64,000 nucleotides of DNA from Pseudomonadota bacterium (lineage in GTDB: Bacteria; UBA10199; 2-02-FULL-44-16; JAAZCA01), in assembly GCA_043798915.1 (NCBI GenBank), contig JAZDOG010000020.1, forward strand, positions 7,281 to 71,280. The letters are read 5' to 3'. Shown one piece after another: positions 46,701-55,895 of this stretch; position 1 is the first letter of the stretch, and every line of letters starts with the position of its first letter. The position numbers and the translations under genes were made by a program. The notes below the pieces were generated by a model that was given only the letters and a program-made list of their open reading frames with translations, was not told where the DNA came from and did not search any database.

Positions 46701-48389
46701 TTATTTATCAAGACGATATAGTTTAAAATGTGCAGTCTGCACCACAAGAGTCAAATTGAACGTCTGAAAAATCCTCTGATAGTCTGGAGCGAACTCATTA
46801 TCAAAATAGCCTGAATAACTTGACAAAAAAAGCGGTTTTTTGTCTTCGAGGAGACCGCGCACAAGCTCATCCGTTGCCAACGGGACAGCCGGGGGAAATA
46901 TTTTGCCCTTGAAGTAGAATTGCAGATCGGCATAGGCCACGTTTGGCGAGACTGCGATAAATGTCACGTTTTTGGAACGTCCCACCTGATGCGTAAATAG
47001 TATCGGTTCGAAATCAGAAATCAGGAAAGAACCATCCGGCAATTTATTCTTCATAAAGTCCAGATAATCCCGCTTGAGCGTTTCAAATGGCGGATGAGAG
47101 TATGAATAGGCGAAGGGAATGAAGGTCAGGAGACCGATAAATATTACGGCTGGCGCTTTTTTAAAAAATCGGCCTATCCCTGCTGCCGCAGACAAGATTA
47201 TGATCGGAGCGACGGGAAGCATGTAACACGTGCTTTGTGAGAAGAGAAACACATGCGGCAGGTAATATGCCGCAAAAAAAATGGCAGAAAAAAAGAAAAA
47301 AGGTCTATCCCTTCGATAAAACTGGACGAGTCCAAAGACAGCAAAGAGCCAGATGATAATTGCGAGAGCTATTTGATCGGGCCGAGCCGATAAAATAGTG
47401 GAGGGTTCCGCTCCTGTCGAGGAAATAAGGTTATATAATATATTTGAACTTGCTCCGTATGCTGGCCTGGAAGCGTAACTCAAGGAAAATGGTCTCTGGA
47501 TATTGGCCGTGAAATGTGTCCAGTAAGAATAACCAGTGAGCAACGGCGAACCGAATTCTCTCCATTGATAATAAAAGAGTCCCGCCAATGGAATAATGGC
47601 GCCTAGCAAAAGACTTGCGCTCCTTTTAAGTTTGAATTCCCGCTCGTTCTGCATCAGGAGATAAACAACCGCCGCTGGTACCGCGGCTATGGCGAGATAA
47701 CGGACGGCCGCCGCGAAACCAAGCAGGAAACCCGCGATCATCAGCTTTGCTGTGCCGGTCTTTTTATCGGCAAGCAAAAGCAATGCCCCTAAAACAAGAA
47801 ACAGCGGCGCCATCATGGGCAATATAATCCGGCTATTGGAGATATGAAGGGGTGAAAACGAAAGGAGCAGAAGAGCCAGCAAGGCAGTTTGCTCATCCGC
47901 GATTTTCCGCCCCAAGCGATATATTATGAGGAGCGAAAGAATTCCCAAAAGAAGGGGGCAAAAAACACCCGCCCCAAGATCGCTGCCAAATACGAGGTAA
48001 AAAGGCGCAAGCATCATAGAAAAACCTGGGGCCTTGCTCATCGGGTGATCTGTCTGGTTAATAGGGACGGATAAGGTGCCCGAACTTATAAGCTCTGCCG
48101 CAGGAACGGCGTAGTGAACACTGTCAAAACTTACCATCTCTTCAAATCCACGGCTAGCGGAAACGACCCTTAATAAAATCGCACTAATCAAAATGACACA
48201 ATAAAACATCTTATTGATCCTGATCGAAGAAAATTTAAAGCGATGTTTCAAGAAAAAGAAGACAGTGAAGAGCAAAGCGGCAAGGACCAACCCCTTTTCA
48301 AGCAAGCGGAGCTGATAGACAGTCCAGGGCAGGAGCTGATGGTCCAGGCTCAGATGTTTTTGAACGAAAAATTCAAGTGGATGCATCAT
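46701..48389 (-). CDS. GT-C superfamily membrane glycosyltransferase (ArnT/PMT-like), 562 aa
   Basis: Many TM helices ('LLLLSFSPLHISNSRIILPMMAP...'), C-terminal soluble domain. Start may be an internal Met (MFYCVILISAILL...). Confidence 0.5.
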   Translation of the reverse strand: MMHPLEFFVQKHLSLDHQLLPWTVYQLRLLEKGLVLAALLFTVFFFLKHRFKFSSIRINKMFYCVILISAILLRVVSASRGFEEMVSFDSVHYAVPAAELISSGTLSVPINQTDHPMSKAPGFSMMLAPFYLVFGSDLGAGVFCPLLLGILSLLIIYRLGRKIADEQTALLALLLLSFSPLHISNSRIILPMMAPLFLVLGALLLLADKKTGTAKLMIAGFLLGFAAAVRYLAIAAVPAAVVYLLMQNEREFKLKRSASLLLGAIIPLAGLFYYQWREFGSPLLTGYSYWTHFTANIQRPFSLSYASRPAYGASSNILYNLISSTGAEPSTILSARPDQIALAIIIWLFAVFGLVQFYRRDRPFFFFSAIFFAAYYLPHVFLFSQSTCYMLPVAPIIILSAAAGIGRFFKKAPAVIFIGLLTFIPFAYSYSHPPFETLKRDYLDFMKNKLPDGSFLISDFEPILFTHQVGRSKNVTFIAVSPNVAYADLQFYFKGKIFPPAVPLATDELVRGLLEDKKPLFLSSYSGYFDNEFAPDYQRIFQTFNLTLVVQTAHFKLYRLDK

Positions 48390-48485
48390 GTTAAGGGTAT
48401 CGCTAAAAACCGCATTTGCAAGGCAAAGTTTCTCCTAAGGAAATCATTGCCAAGGAGCCGCCTTTTAAGTATAAAGCCGTCGCTT

Positions 48486-49481
48486 ATGAAACGCGCCTTA
48501 ATCACAGGGATAACCGGCCAGGATGGTTCTTATCTGGCAGAGCTTCTGCTGCAGAAGGGCTATAGTGTGTACGGCGTTGTTCGGCTTTCGCGCACCTATG
48601 GTTTTGAAAACATAAAAGGAATCCTCGACCGGATCACGCTGCTTGATGCTGACCTGTTGGAGCACACATCGCTGACCGCTCTATTGGAAGATGTTGAGCC
48701 TGACGAGGTGTACAACCTGGGCTCATTGTCCTATGTGCCAACATCATGGAAGATGCCGGTATTGATGGCAGAGATAAATGCCGTTGGCGTCGGTCGCATC
48801 CTGGAAGCCATTCGGTGCGTGAATCCCAAAATAAGATTTTACCAGGCCTCCAGCAGCGAGATGTTTGGGGCTGTCAAGGAAGTTCCGCAAAACGAGGATA
48901 CGCCGTTCAATCCGGTCAACCCCTATGCGGTCGCGAAGGTCTATGGCCATCACATCACACGAATATACCGTGAGGCTTATGGTCTCAATGCCTGCAGTGG
49001 CATCCTTTTTAATCACGAATCCCCGCGCCGCGGCCTGCAGTTTGTCACCAGAAAAGTAACCAGGGGCGTCGCACAGATCAAACTCGGGCAGGCCAAGGAG
49101 ATATGCCTGGGGAATTTAGAAGCCAAGAGGGATTGGGGGTATTCCCCTGATTACGTGGAGGCGATCTGGATGATGCTGCAGCAGCGGAAACCCGACGACT
49201 ACGTCATCGCAACCGGAAAAACGCGCAGCGTCGAAGAACTGCTGGACTGTGCCTTTAGCTATATCCGCCGCCCATGGCGGGAACACGTCAGGATTGATCC
49301 AAAGATGAAAAGGCCAGTCGATGTAAATCTGCTCGTGGGCGATGCGAGCAAGGCCAAACAGCATTTAAATTGGTCGCCGAAGAAGACTTTTCAAGAGATG
49401 ATCTGGGAAATGGTAGAGGCTGACATCAGAGATCTCACCGATAATCGACAGGGTATGTCGCCCATCAGCACGGCCGGGTAA
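48486..49481 (+). CDS. gmd: GDP-mannose 4,6-dehydratase
   Basis: 'MKRALITGITGQDGSYLAELLLQKGYSVYGVVR' is the canonical Gmd N-terminus; 'YAVAKVYGHHIT' YxxxK. The upstream 81 codons of the track ORF are likely untranslated. Confidence 0.85.
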   Translation: MKRALITGITGQDGSYLAELLLQKGYSVYGVVRLSRTYGFENIKGILDRITLLDADLLEHTSLTALLEDVEPDEVYNLGSLSYVPTSWKMPVLMAEINAVGVGRILEAIRCVNPKIRFYQASSSEMFGAVKEVPQNEDTPFNPVNPYAVAKVYGHHITRIYREAYGLNACSGILFNHESPRRGLQFVTRKVTRGVAQIKLGQAKEICLGNLEAKRDWGYSPDYVEAIWMMLQQRKPDDYVIATGKTRSVEELLDCAFSYIRRPWREHVRIDPKMKRPVDVNLLVGDASKAKQHLNWSPKKTFQEMIWEMVEADIRDLTDNRQGMSPISTAG

Positions 49482-49491
49482 GGCGCGGCCG

Positions 49492-50622
49492 TCACGACCT
49501 GACCTGACAGCCGACTTTTTCCCGAGATGCCTTCAGGTAGATGGCCTTCAGAGTTTCGCAGTATAATCGATAATCGTATTTTTCTTCGATCAGGCGCCGG
49601 GCTTGCGCCCCGATATTGCCACAGAGGCGGTTGTCCTCCAGAAGGCCGGCAATGGAACCTGCAAATTTATTAAAATCATCCTCGATTATTATATTCTCCC
49701 CATGCACTACATCCAGGCCCTCGGCGCCCTTGCTGGAAGACACGGTTGCCTTGCCCATGGCCATATATTCGAGAATCTTGAGCCTGCTGCCGGATCCATA
49801 CCGGAGCGGCGCTATGCAGACCCGCGCCTTCTGCACATAGGGGCGCACGTCCTCCACCCGGCCCAGAAATTTCACGTTGGGCGGCGCCGGCATATTCAAT
49901 GACCCTCCACCCAATATGTGGAATTCGGCATTTACCCGCGGCGCTATATCCTCGCAGATGATGCGAACTGCGTCGATATTTGGAAAATAGATCAGAGAGC
50001 CCATAAACAGGACGATCCTGCCGTCGTTGGAGCTCGTTTGATATCTGTCTATGTCCAGGCAGTTGGGGATATAGCTGATGCGCCCTTTCAGCTGAGGCAA
50101 CTTGCCCAGGATGATATCCCGATCGGCGGTCGAACAAACGATGACATGGGATGATCTGTTCAGCGCTGCAAGTTCATACTTGGTGGCGCGGCTGAGCAGC
50201 CATCCCTTCAGCGTTTTTTTTAAAGGGACCCGTCTGAGGGTGGGTCCTCGGTGCATTTCGTATTCCGCAAGCTTCCAATACACATTGTGTTCATCCAGGA
50301 CAACCGGCACGCCCGGGAACTGGGCCGCAAGAGCAAAGAGGGATGGATGCTCGACTTGGATGATGTCGGGCTGTTCATCGATCCCGATCGGTTTGAAGGA
50401 GGTCCGATAGTAACTGGTCAGCCGTTTGATTCTGGAGGACAACCCCTCGGGAAACAGCCGGTGATGAAATTTAACCCCGGCTATCGCCGGAACATCTGGA
50501 TCAAAGGTGGAAAGCACAGACACCTGCGCTATTTGCGAGCACATCTGTGCCAGACTATGGACCCGCAGCGGGAATCCACCCCCAAAAGGGTTGCAGCTGG
50601 TGGTTATGATGAGCACCTTCAT
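49492..50622 (-). CDS. Glycosyltransferase family 4
   Basis: 'LFMGSLIYFPN', 'GSGSRLKILEYMAMGKATVSS' GT4 motifs. Confidence 0.75.
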   Translation of the reverse strand: MKVLIITTSCNPFGGGFPLRVHSLAQMCSQIAQVSVLSTFDPDVPAIAGVKFHHRLFPEGLSSRIKRLTSYYRTSFKPIGIDEQPDIIQVEHPSLFALAAQFPGVPVVLDEHNVYWKLAEYEMHRGPTLRRVPLKKTLKGWLLSRATKYELAALNRSSHVIVCSTADRDIILGKLPQLKGRISYIPNCLDIDRYQTSSNDGRIVLFMGSLIYFPNIDAVRIICEDIAPRVNAEFHILGGGSLNMPAPPNVKFLGRVEDVRPYVQKARVCIAPLRYGSGSRLKILEYMAMGKATVSSSKGAEGLDVVHGENIIIEDDFNKFAGSIAGLLEDNRLCGNIGAQARRLIEEKYDYRLYCETLKAIYLKASREKVGCQVRS

Positions 50623-51686
50623 CGTGCGCTTTCTATGACGCGAAACAGGATTTCCTCAAACAAAGACCAATTGTATTTTTTTAGGATCAATTCCTTCGCA
50701 TTGTCGCCGATGCTCTGACCCAGGTCAGCGCCGGCGATCAGCGCCCTTATCTTATCGGCAAAGCCGGCTTCGGTATCGGCGACCAGGCAATTTTTGTTGT
50801 TTTCAAGTTCCGGGATTCCCAGCAGGGCAAATGGAGTGACCACCGTGGGTTTTCCATAAGCCATCATCTGCAGGACCTTTTCCAGAATTCCAACGCCGCG
50901 CCAGATTGGAGCGATGCATATATCCGATGCGCTGATGTATGGCCCCAAGTTGTCCACGAATCCCCTGAAGTCGACGTTGTCTTTGAATGGGATGTCCAGC
51001 TTGCCTCTGCCTGCCAGAATTATTTTTGCCTCCGGAAAGGAAGGCGCCAGCCTGTCATTGATGAAATTTGCAGCCTCCAGGTTGGGAAAGTAGTTGTAGG
51101 AGCCAAGAAAAAGAATTATTTTTATGTCAACCGGCAGTCCAAGCATGTTGCGCGCCTCGGCCTTGGCGATTGAATTGACATCGTCGAAATCTACGCACGT
51201 CGGAATGACTTCGACTGTATTTTCATTGAAACCCATCCGGATATAGGCGATCCTGTCGGTCTCCGAGACCGTGATGATCTTCTTTGTTTTTCCAAGGAGG
51301 TTTTTTTCGGGAAGGATATTCCTCAGCCTGAAGAAATAACCCGCGTTCAAATTTCTGCACAGGAGTTCGGGGTTGCCGTGGCTGTCGAATATGAAAGGGC
51401 GTCGCAGTTTCTTCGCAATTATGCTGCCGATGAGCGCATGCCTGCCCTGACTCGCAAAGACGATGTCCACGTCGTCGAATAAATCGCAATTCAAGAACAG
51501 CGCTTTGAACAATTCAGCAAGGCGTTCGACAATTTTGAATGGGCGGTCGAAAATCGGATGCGGGCTGTGAAGCAGGGTCGAGGGCAGGGCTGTCAGGGAG
51601 TGCCTCTTCGAGAGGACCATCATGAGGCTTGGAATGCGCGCAATCGTGTTGCGCTCATTCTGCTCTGGAATGAATAATATTTTCAT
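50619..51686 (-). CDS. Glycosyltransferase family 4
   Basis: 'LFLGSYNYFPN', 'GVGILEKVLQMMAYGKPTVVT'. Likely ATG at 51686 (MKILFIPEQ...); the track ORF extends to 51815. Confidence 0.7.
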   Translation of the reverse strand: MKILFIPEQNERNTIARIPSLMMVLSKRHSLTALPSTLLHSPHPIFDRPFKIVERLAELFKALFLNCDLFDDVDIVFASQGRHALIGSIIAKKLRRPFIFDSHGNPELLCRNLNAGYFFRLRNILPEKNLLGKTKKIITVSETDRIAYIRMGFNENTVEVIPTCVDFDDVNSIAKAEARNMLGLPVDIKIILFLGSYNYFPNLEAANFINDRLAPSFPEAKIILAGRGKLDIPFKDNVDFRGFVDNLGPYISASDICIAPIWRGVGILEKVLQMMAYGKPTVVTPFALLGIPELENNKNCLVADTEAGFADKIRALIAGADLGQSIGDNAKELILKKYNWSLFEEILFRVIESAR

Positions 51687-51702
51687 TATAAAAGGCGCGC
51701 CA

Positions 51703-52017
51703 TTATCGATTGTGCTTGTTTTGCCAGCTCTTATAAAATGCGCTGCTCTCCTTTGTGATGTCGATATCGAGCAGCGAATGACAAAAGGAAACGATGCCGA
51801 GCAGTGCCGCGACAACCCACAGAATTGCCTTTGCCCAGCTCCATACGGAAAATTTGTTTCTTATGAATGTGAGGCATAGAAAGGGGATGAAGATGATGGG
51901 CAGGATGAACAGATAGGTGATTCTGAAATCGGATGGAATCTTGAACCAAAGGAGCAGCCAGGCAAAGATCAACATTGTGTTGACGGATATGTATATTGAA
52001 TCGCGATTTAATTTCAT
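51703..52017 (-). CDS. Small membrane protein (3-4 TM), hypothetical; possibly GtrA-like
   Basis: Hydrophobic segments LIFAWLLLWF, ITYLFILPIIFIPFLCL, AILWVVAALLGIVSF. Placed next to Dpm1/GT-C genes but the similarity is weak. Confidence 0.3.
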   Translation of the reverse strand: MKLNRDSIYISVNTMLIFAWLLLWFKIPSDFRITYLFILPIIFIPFLCLTFIRNKFSVWSWAKAILWVVAALLGIVSFCHSLLDIDITKESSAFYKSWQNKHNR

Positions 52018-52039
52018 AAATCTGATTTTTTCCAAGAGT

Positions 52040-52990
52040 TCATCCGCGTTCCTTGGCCCGATTTGATTCCTCGTTGAGACAGTCAATCACTTCCTTCGGA
52101 GGGCTTATTTTGCCCGACGCATATAATTTTGCAACAATCTCCCATCCGCCCACGTCGGACCAGCCGACGTCGAGCGGGAGCACGATTGCGCGATCGATCT
52201 TTTCCATCAGGGCGCGATCGATGGAGATGCCGGGCGATTCATTAAAAAAAACGCACAGCGAGTCCTGGTCAACGATGCCATCTTCAATTTTCAGTTTCAG
52301 AGCGCAGGAGGCGATGTCAGGCGCATGTTTTTTTATAAGGCGCATCAGGACATCCGTCCGCCACACGAACATGCCGCTGTTCCAGAAGTAACAGCCTTCG
52401 CGGATATACTTCACGGCGGATTTACGGTCGGGTTTTTCGACGAAACGATCGACCTCAAATGCCCCGTCCGGCCTTTTTTTGCCGCGCTTTATGTATCCAT
52501 ATTCCTGGGAAGGATGATTCGGGGTGATGCCAAGGATCAGCGGGGATTTCTCAGAATCAGCCAACGCTATGGCCCTCCTCATGATATCTATGTATTCCCC
52601 GTATTCCCCGGTTTTTTCGATGAGGTGGTCCGATGGCGCGGCAACCAAAACGGCATCCCGGTCTCGCGAGGCAACGATGGCGCCTGCGAGGGCTATGGCA
52701 GGGGCGGTGTTTTTTCTGAAAGGCTCGCCTATTATATTTGAAGAGGGAATCTGCCGCAGCTGTTCTTTGACCAGGGGTATGTATTCTTTGTTTGTGGAGA
52801 CAAGGCATCGCTCAGGCGGCACCAGCCGGAGCATGCGCTCGCATGTCTCCTGAATCATCGTGCGTTTTGGATGCGTTATGGGGAGGAATTGCTTGGGTTT
52901 CCGGGATGTGCTGTAAGGGGTGAACCTCACGCCTTCGCCACCGGCCAAGATCAAGACATAGGTTCTCTCCGAGACCGGTTTTTTCACCAT
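52040..52990 (-). CDS. manC: Mannose-1-phosphate guanylyltransferase (NTP_transferase family)
   Basis: 'YVLILAGGEGVRFTPYSTSRKPKQFLPI' N-terminal nucleotidyltransferase motif; the size (316 aa) lacks the PMI domain. Confidence 0.8.
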   Translation of the reverse strand: MVKKPVSERTYVLILAGGEGVRFTPYSTSRKPKQFLPITHPKRTMIQETCERMLRLVPPERCLVSTNKEYIPLVKEQLRQIPSSNIIGEPFRKNTAPAIALAGAIVASRDRDAVLVAAPSDHLIEKTGEYGEYIDIMRRAIALADSEKSPLILGITPNHPSQEYGYIKRGKKRPDGAFEVDRFVEKPDRKSAVKYIREGCYFWNSGMFVWRTDVLMRLIKKHAPDIASCALKLKIEDGIVDQDSLCVFFNESPGISIDRALMEKIDRAIVLPLDVGWSDVGGWEIVAKLYASGKISPPKEVIDCLNEESNRAKERG

Positions 52991-53119
52991 GGGGAGGGAT
53001 AGATTTTTGATTGCGCTATGTCAATGACGCAGTACGGTTCGGATAATGAAAGCCCTTGAATAAATTATGGATATGCTGTATTTATGATATGCTGGATGAG
53101 TTGGAAACGGGGACATGCC

Positions 53120-54004
53120 ATGTACAAAGCCTATTGGTCGCTCAGCATCAAGCCGTTTGAAAACACCCCTGATCCCCAGTTCATGTTCAACTCCGCAAAG
53201 CACGAAGAGGCCCGGATGCGCATGCTGTATGCAGCGCATGAGCGCAAGGAGGGCGCGCTCCTCACGGGCGAGTATGGGAGCGGCAAAACGGTTTTATCCC
53301 GGGTGTTGCTCAACACCCTGGCTCGGGATGAGAAATACAGGACAGTTTTGATCCTGAATCCCAAGGTCTCTCATTCCGAAATGCTCAAGGAGATCCTGTT
53401 CCAGCTGGGCGAACCAGCCACCGACGGCAGCAGGATGGCCCTGCAGTATCAATTGGGGCGGCGGCTGGAGGGGTTGGCCGATGAGGACAGAAGCGCGGTC
53501 ATAATCATCGATGAAGCCCAGGTTATGGATGCCAATGATTTCAATGAGTTAAGACTGCTCTTGAATTTCAAACGAAGCGATCGCTTCCTCTTTACGCTCC
53601 TTTTGGTCGGTCAGACCGATCTCAAGGAGAAGATACTGTCGATAGAGCCTCTGAAGCAGAGGCTGGCCATGCGGTACCACCTGAGCGCCCTGGATGAGGC
53701 GGAGACGGCGGGATATATAGAGCACAGGTTGGGCATCGCAGGCAGAAGAAAGCTGACCTTCAGTCAAGAGGCTTCAAAGCTGGTATATCAGGGCTCCGAA
53801 GGGATACCGCGCAGGATCAACAACATTTGCGACTATTGCCTGTTGATCGGTTTTGGAAGAAAGGCGAGCCAGATAAGCGCGGGCATCGTTGAGGATGCCC
53901 TGAAAGACCTCGAAGAGAATGTCTGCGAAAAGAAGGAAGAGAGGGGCAAATGGTCAGGATTGCTGAAATCGTGCGCGAAGAGATTGGTGCCGACGAGACT
54001 CTGA
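53120..54004 (+). CDS. ExeA/GspA-like AAA ATPase (AAA_22; resembles PEP-CTERM-locus 'secretion ATPase' subfamily)
   Basis: 'LTGEYGSGKTVL' Walker A, 'IIIDEAQ' Walker B, 'GIPRRINNICD' C-terminal box; paralog at 59219..60034. Confidence 0.7.
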   Translation: MYKAYWSLSIKPFENTPDPQFMFNSAKHEEARMRMLYAAHERKEGALLTGEYGSGKTVLSRVLLNTLARDEKYRTVLILNPKVSHSEMLKEILFQLGEPATDGSRMALQYQLGRRLEGLADEDRSAVIIIDEAQVMDANDFNELRLLLNFKRSDRFLFTLLLVGQTDLKEKILSIEPLKQRLAMRYHLSALDEAETAGYIEHRLGIAGRRKLTFSQEASKLVYQGSEGIPRRINNICDYCLLIGFGRKASQISAGIVEDALKDLEENVCEKKEERGKWSGLLKSCAKRLVPTRL

Positions 54005-55080
54005 TCCCGGACCGCGCGCCAGCGCAAGAGCAGCGCGATTCGACTCCGCGCGAGAAGGATGTGAACTTCAGGCTTTCGTCTTCTCTGGCGGATGAGATGA
54101 TGAACAGGCAGGTCGCATCGGCGCAGACGGGCGATGTCGAAGGCCATGATTACAGCCTGAACGAACACACCGAAAAAAACTATGCGCGCCTGCTCGTCGT
54201 GGCCAGGGAAGTGATGCGCAATGCAGAGAACGGCCTTCCTCTCGATTGCCGCAGCGTTGAACGGGCCGCGGGCGACCTCATCGATGAATTTGTGAGCGGA
54301 AATGAGCAGCTGATCGCCGCTGCCTGTTCGCCGGTCAAGGGGGATGAAAATTATCTTTATGCGCACATCGTGAATGTCACCATATTGTCTCTGGCGATGG
54401 GCATGGACCAGAAGCTGAATATTTCAAAATTGATCGATCTGGGTGTCTCGAGCTTTTTTCACGACGTCGGAATTACAAGGGTCCTCCATCTTGTGAATAA
54501 GCAGGATTATTTGAGTCCGTCCGAAAAGGGATTGGTGAGAGAGCACCCCATGTTCGGAGTGGAAATTCTCAAGAAGACATCTGGCATCAGCGACACCGTT
54601 CTCAAGGTTGTCTATCAGGAGCATGAGCGCCTTGACGGCTCCGGCTATCCTGAGGGGATCACCGATGCAGGGAAGCTTGACGAATGCTCGCGCATAGTGG
54701 CTGTGGCGGACGTGTTTGAAGCGATCACGCACAGGCGCCCGCATCGCGACGGTGTTTTGCCGCACGAGGCGATGAAGCGCATGCTGGGCAGCGAAGAGGT
54801 CGTCAAATTTGACTCCGGGGTGCTCAAATCGCTGGTGAATCGCGTGGGGATATATCCGGTCGGGAGCTGGGTCAGGCTATCGAATGGAGAGGTGGCCAGG
54901 GTCGTGGGGCTGAATGCGGGGCGGGCCCTGAAGCCCAAAGTAAAAGTGATATTCGACAAGGACGGGTGGAAATTGCGGGAGGCGAGGCTGCTGAATATGG
55001 CCGATTGTGACGCAATCCAGATCGTAAAGCTGGTTGGCGACAGCGAGCTCAATGGATATTTTAATAGAAGTTTGATATAA
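53950..55080 (+). CDS. HD-GYP domain protein (second paralog)
   Basis: 'HDVGI', 'YQEHERLDGSGYPEGI' HD-GYP signature; C-terminal domain homologous to 12226..13398. 5' end overlaps the ExeA-like gene by ~55 nt, so the true start may be downstream. Confidence 0.7.
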   Translation: MVRIAEIVREEIGADETLIPDRAPAQEQRDSTPREKDVNFRLSSSLADEMMNRQVASAQTGDVEGHDYSLNEHTEKNYARLLVVAREVMRNAENGLPLDCRSVERAAGDLIDEFVSGNEQLIAAACSPVKGDENYLYAHIVNVTILSLAMGMDQKLNISKLIDLGVSSFFHDVGITRVLHLVNKQDYLSPSEKGLVREHPMFGVEILKKTSGISDTVLKVVYQEHERLDGSGYPEGITDAGKLDECSRIVAVADVFEAITHRRPHRDGVLPHEAMKRMLGSEEVVKFDSGVLKSLVNRVGIYPVGSWVRLSNGEVARVVGLNAGRALKPKVKVIFDKDGWKLREARLLNMADCDAIQIVKLVGDSELNGYFNRSLI

Positions 55081-55125
55081 AGATCAGAGTCTTTTATACT
55101 GAGTCAGTTTTTACGCAAGGCGGGG

Positions 55126-55878
55126 GTGTTTGTGAGGTTCTTTTCTCTCAGCGTTGTCGTTTTCATAATCATGGTCGCCAGCGCGGGTTGTGCCACCTAT
55201 GCTCACACTCAAGGTAAACATGCGCCCGCAGCTGCGTCTGCGAAGGGCGAATTAGCTGCAGTTCCTGCCATGCCGCCGAAGATCATGCCTTACAGGATAA
55301 ACGTGGGAGATGTTATCGAGGTCTCCGTGTGGCGGACCAAGGACATGGACAAGGACGTCATCGTCAGGCCCGACGGCGTCATATCATATCCTCTCGTGGG
55401 CGATGTCCCTGTCGTGGGTCTGACGCTGACTGAACTGGACCGCAAGCTCACCACGGACCTCAAGGCGTTTATCCGGAATCCGATCGTCTCCATCGCGATA
55501 AAGAAATTTGGAGGCACAAAGGTTATCATCCTGGGCGAGGTGAAGGCGCCTGGCGTCTATACGCCATCGGGTCAGGGAAGCGTCCTCGAGCTGATCGCCT
55601 TGGCCGGCGGTTTTACGGACGATGGGGTCCGGAGCAGGACGCTCCTGATACGAGGCGGGCTTGAGAGTCCGAGACCCATTCCTCTGAACCTCGCTGCGGC
55701 GCTTGCGCGGGGCGATCAGGACGAAAATCCGCCCCTGATGCCGAATGACATAGTCTATGTGCCGAAGAGCGCCACGGCCTCGTTCAATTATATCATGAAG
55801 CAGATAACTCCTGTGCTGTCCAACTTCCTGCTGGGCACGACGATCGCCAACGATTTCGGCTGGCGCGGGACGCGATAG
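55126..55878 (+). CDS. Polysaccharide export outer-membrane lipoprotein (Wza/Poly_export + SLBB domains)
   Basis: Lipobox 'VASAGCA'; 'YRINVGDVIEVSVW', 'DGVISYPLVGDVPVVGLT', 'GEVKAPGVY' Poly_export/SLBB motifs; GTG start. Confidence 0.8.
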   Translation: MFVRFFSLSVVVFIIMVASAGCATYAHTQGKHAPAAASAKGELAAVPAMPPKIMPYRINVGDVIEVSVWRTKDMDKDVIVRPDGVISYPLVGDVPVVGLTLTELDRKLTTDLKAFIRNPIVSIAIKKFGGTKVIILGEVKAPGVYTPSGQGSVLELIALAGGFTDDGVRSRTLLIRGGLESPRPIPLNLAAALARGDQDENPPLMPNDIVYVPKSATASFNYIMKQITPVLSNFLLGTTIANDFGWRGTR

Positions 55879-55895
55879 CGGGCGTCTAAAAAATA

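Noticed and set aside
55081-55125. Possible terminator between the HD-GYP and Wza genes (cagagtcttttatactgagtcagttttt)
   Set aside because: The arms are not actually complementary (cagagtc versus ctgagtc), so there is no stable stem; it is just a T-rich spacer.
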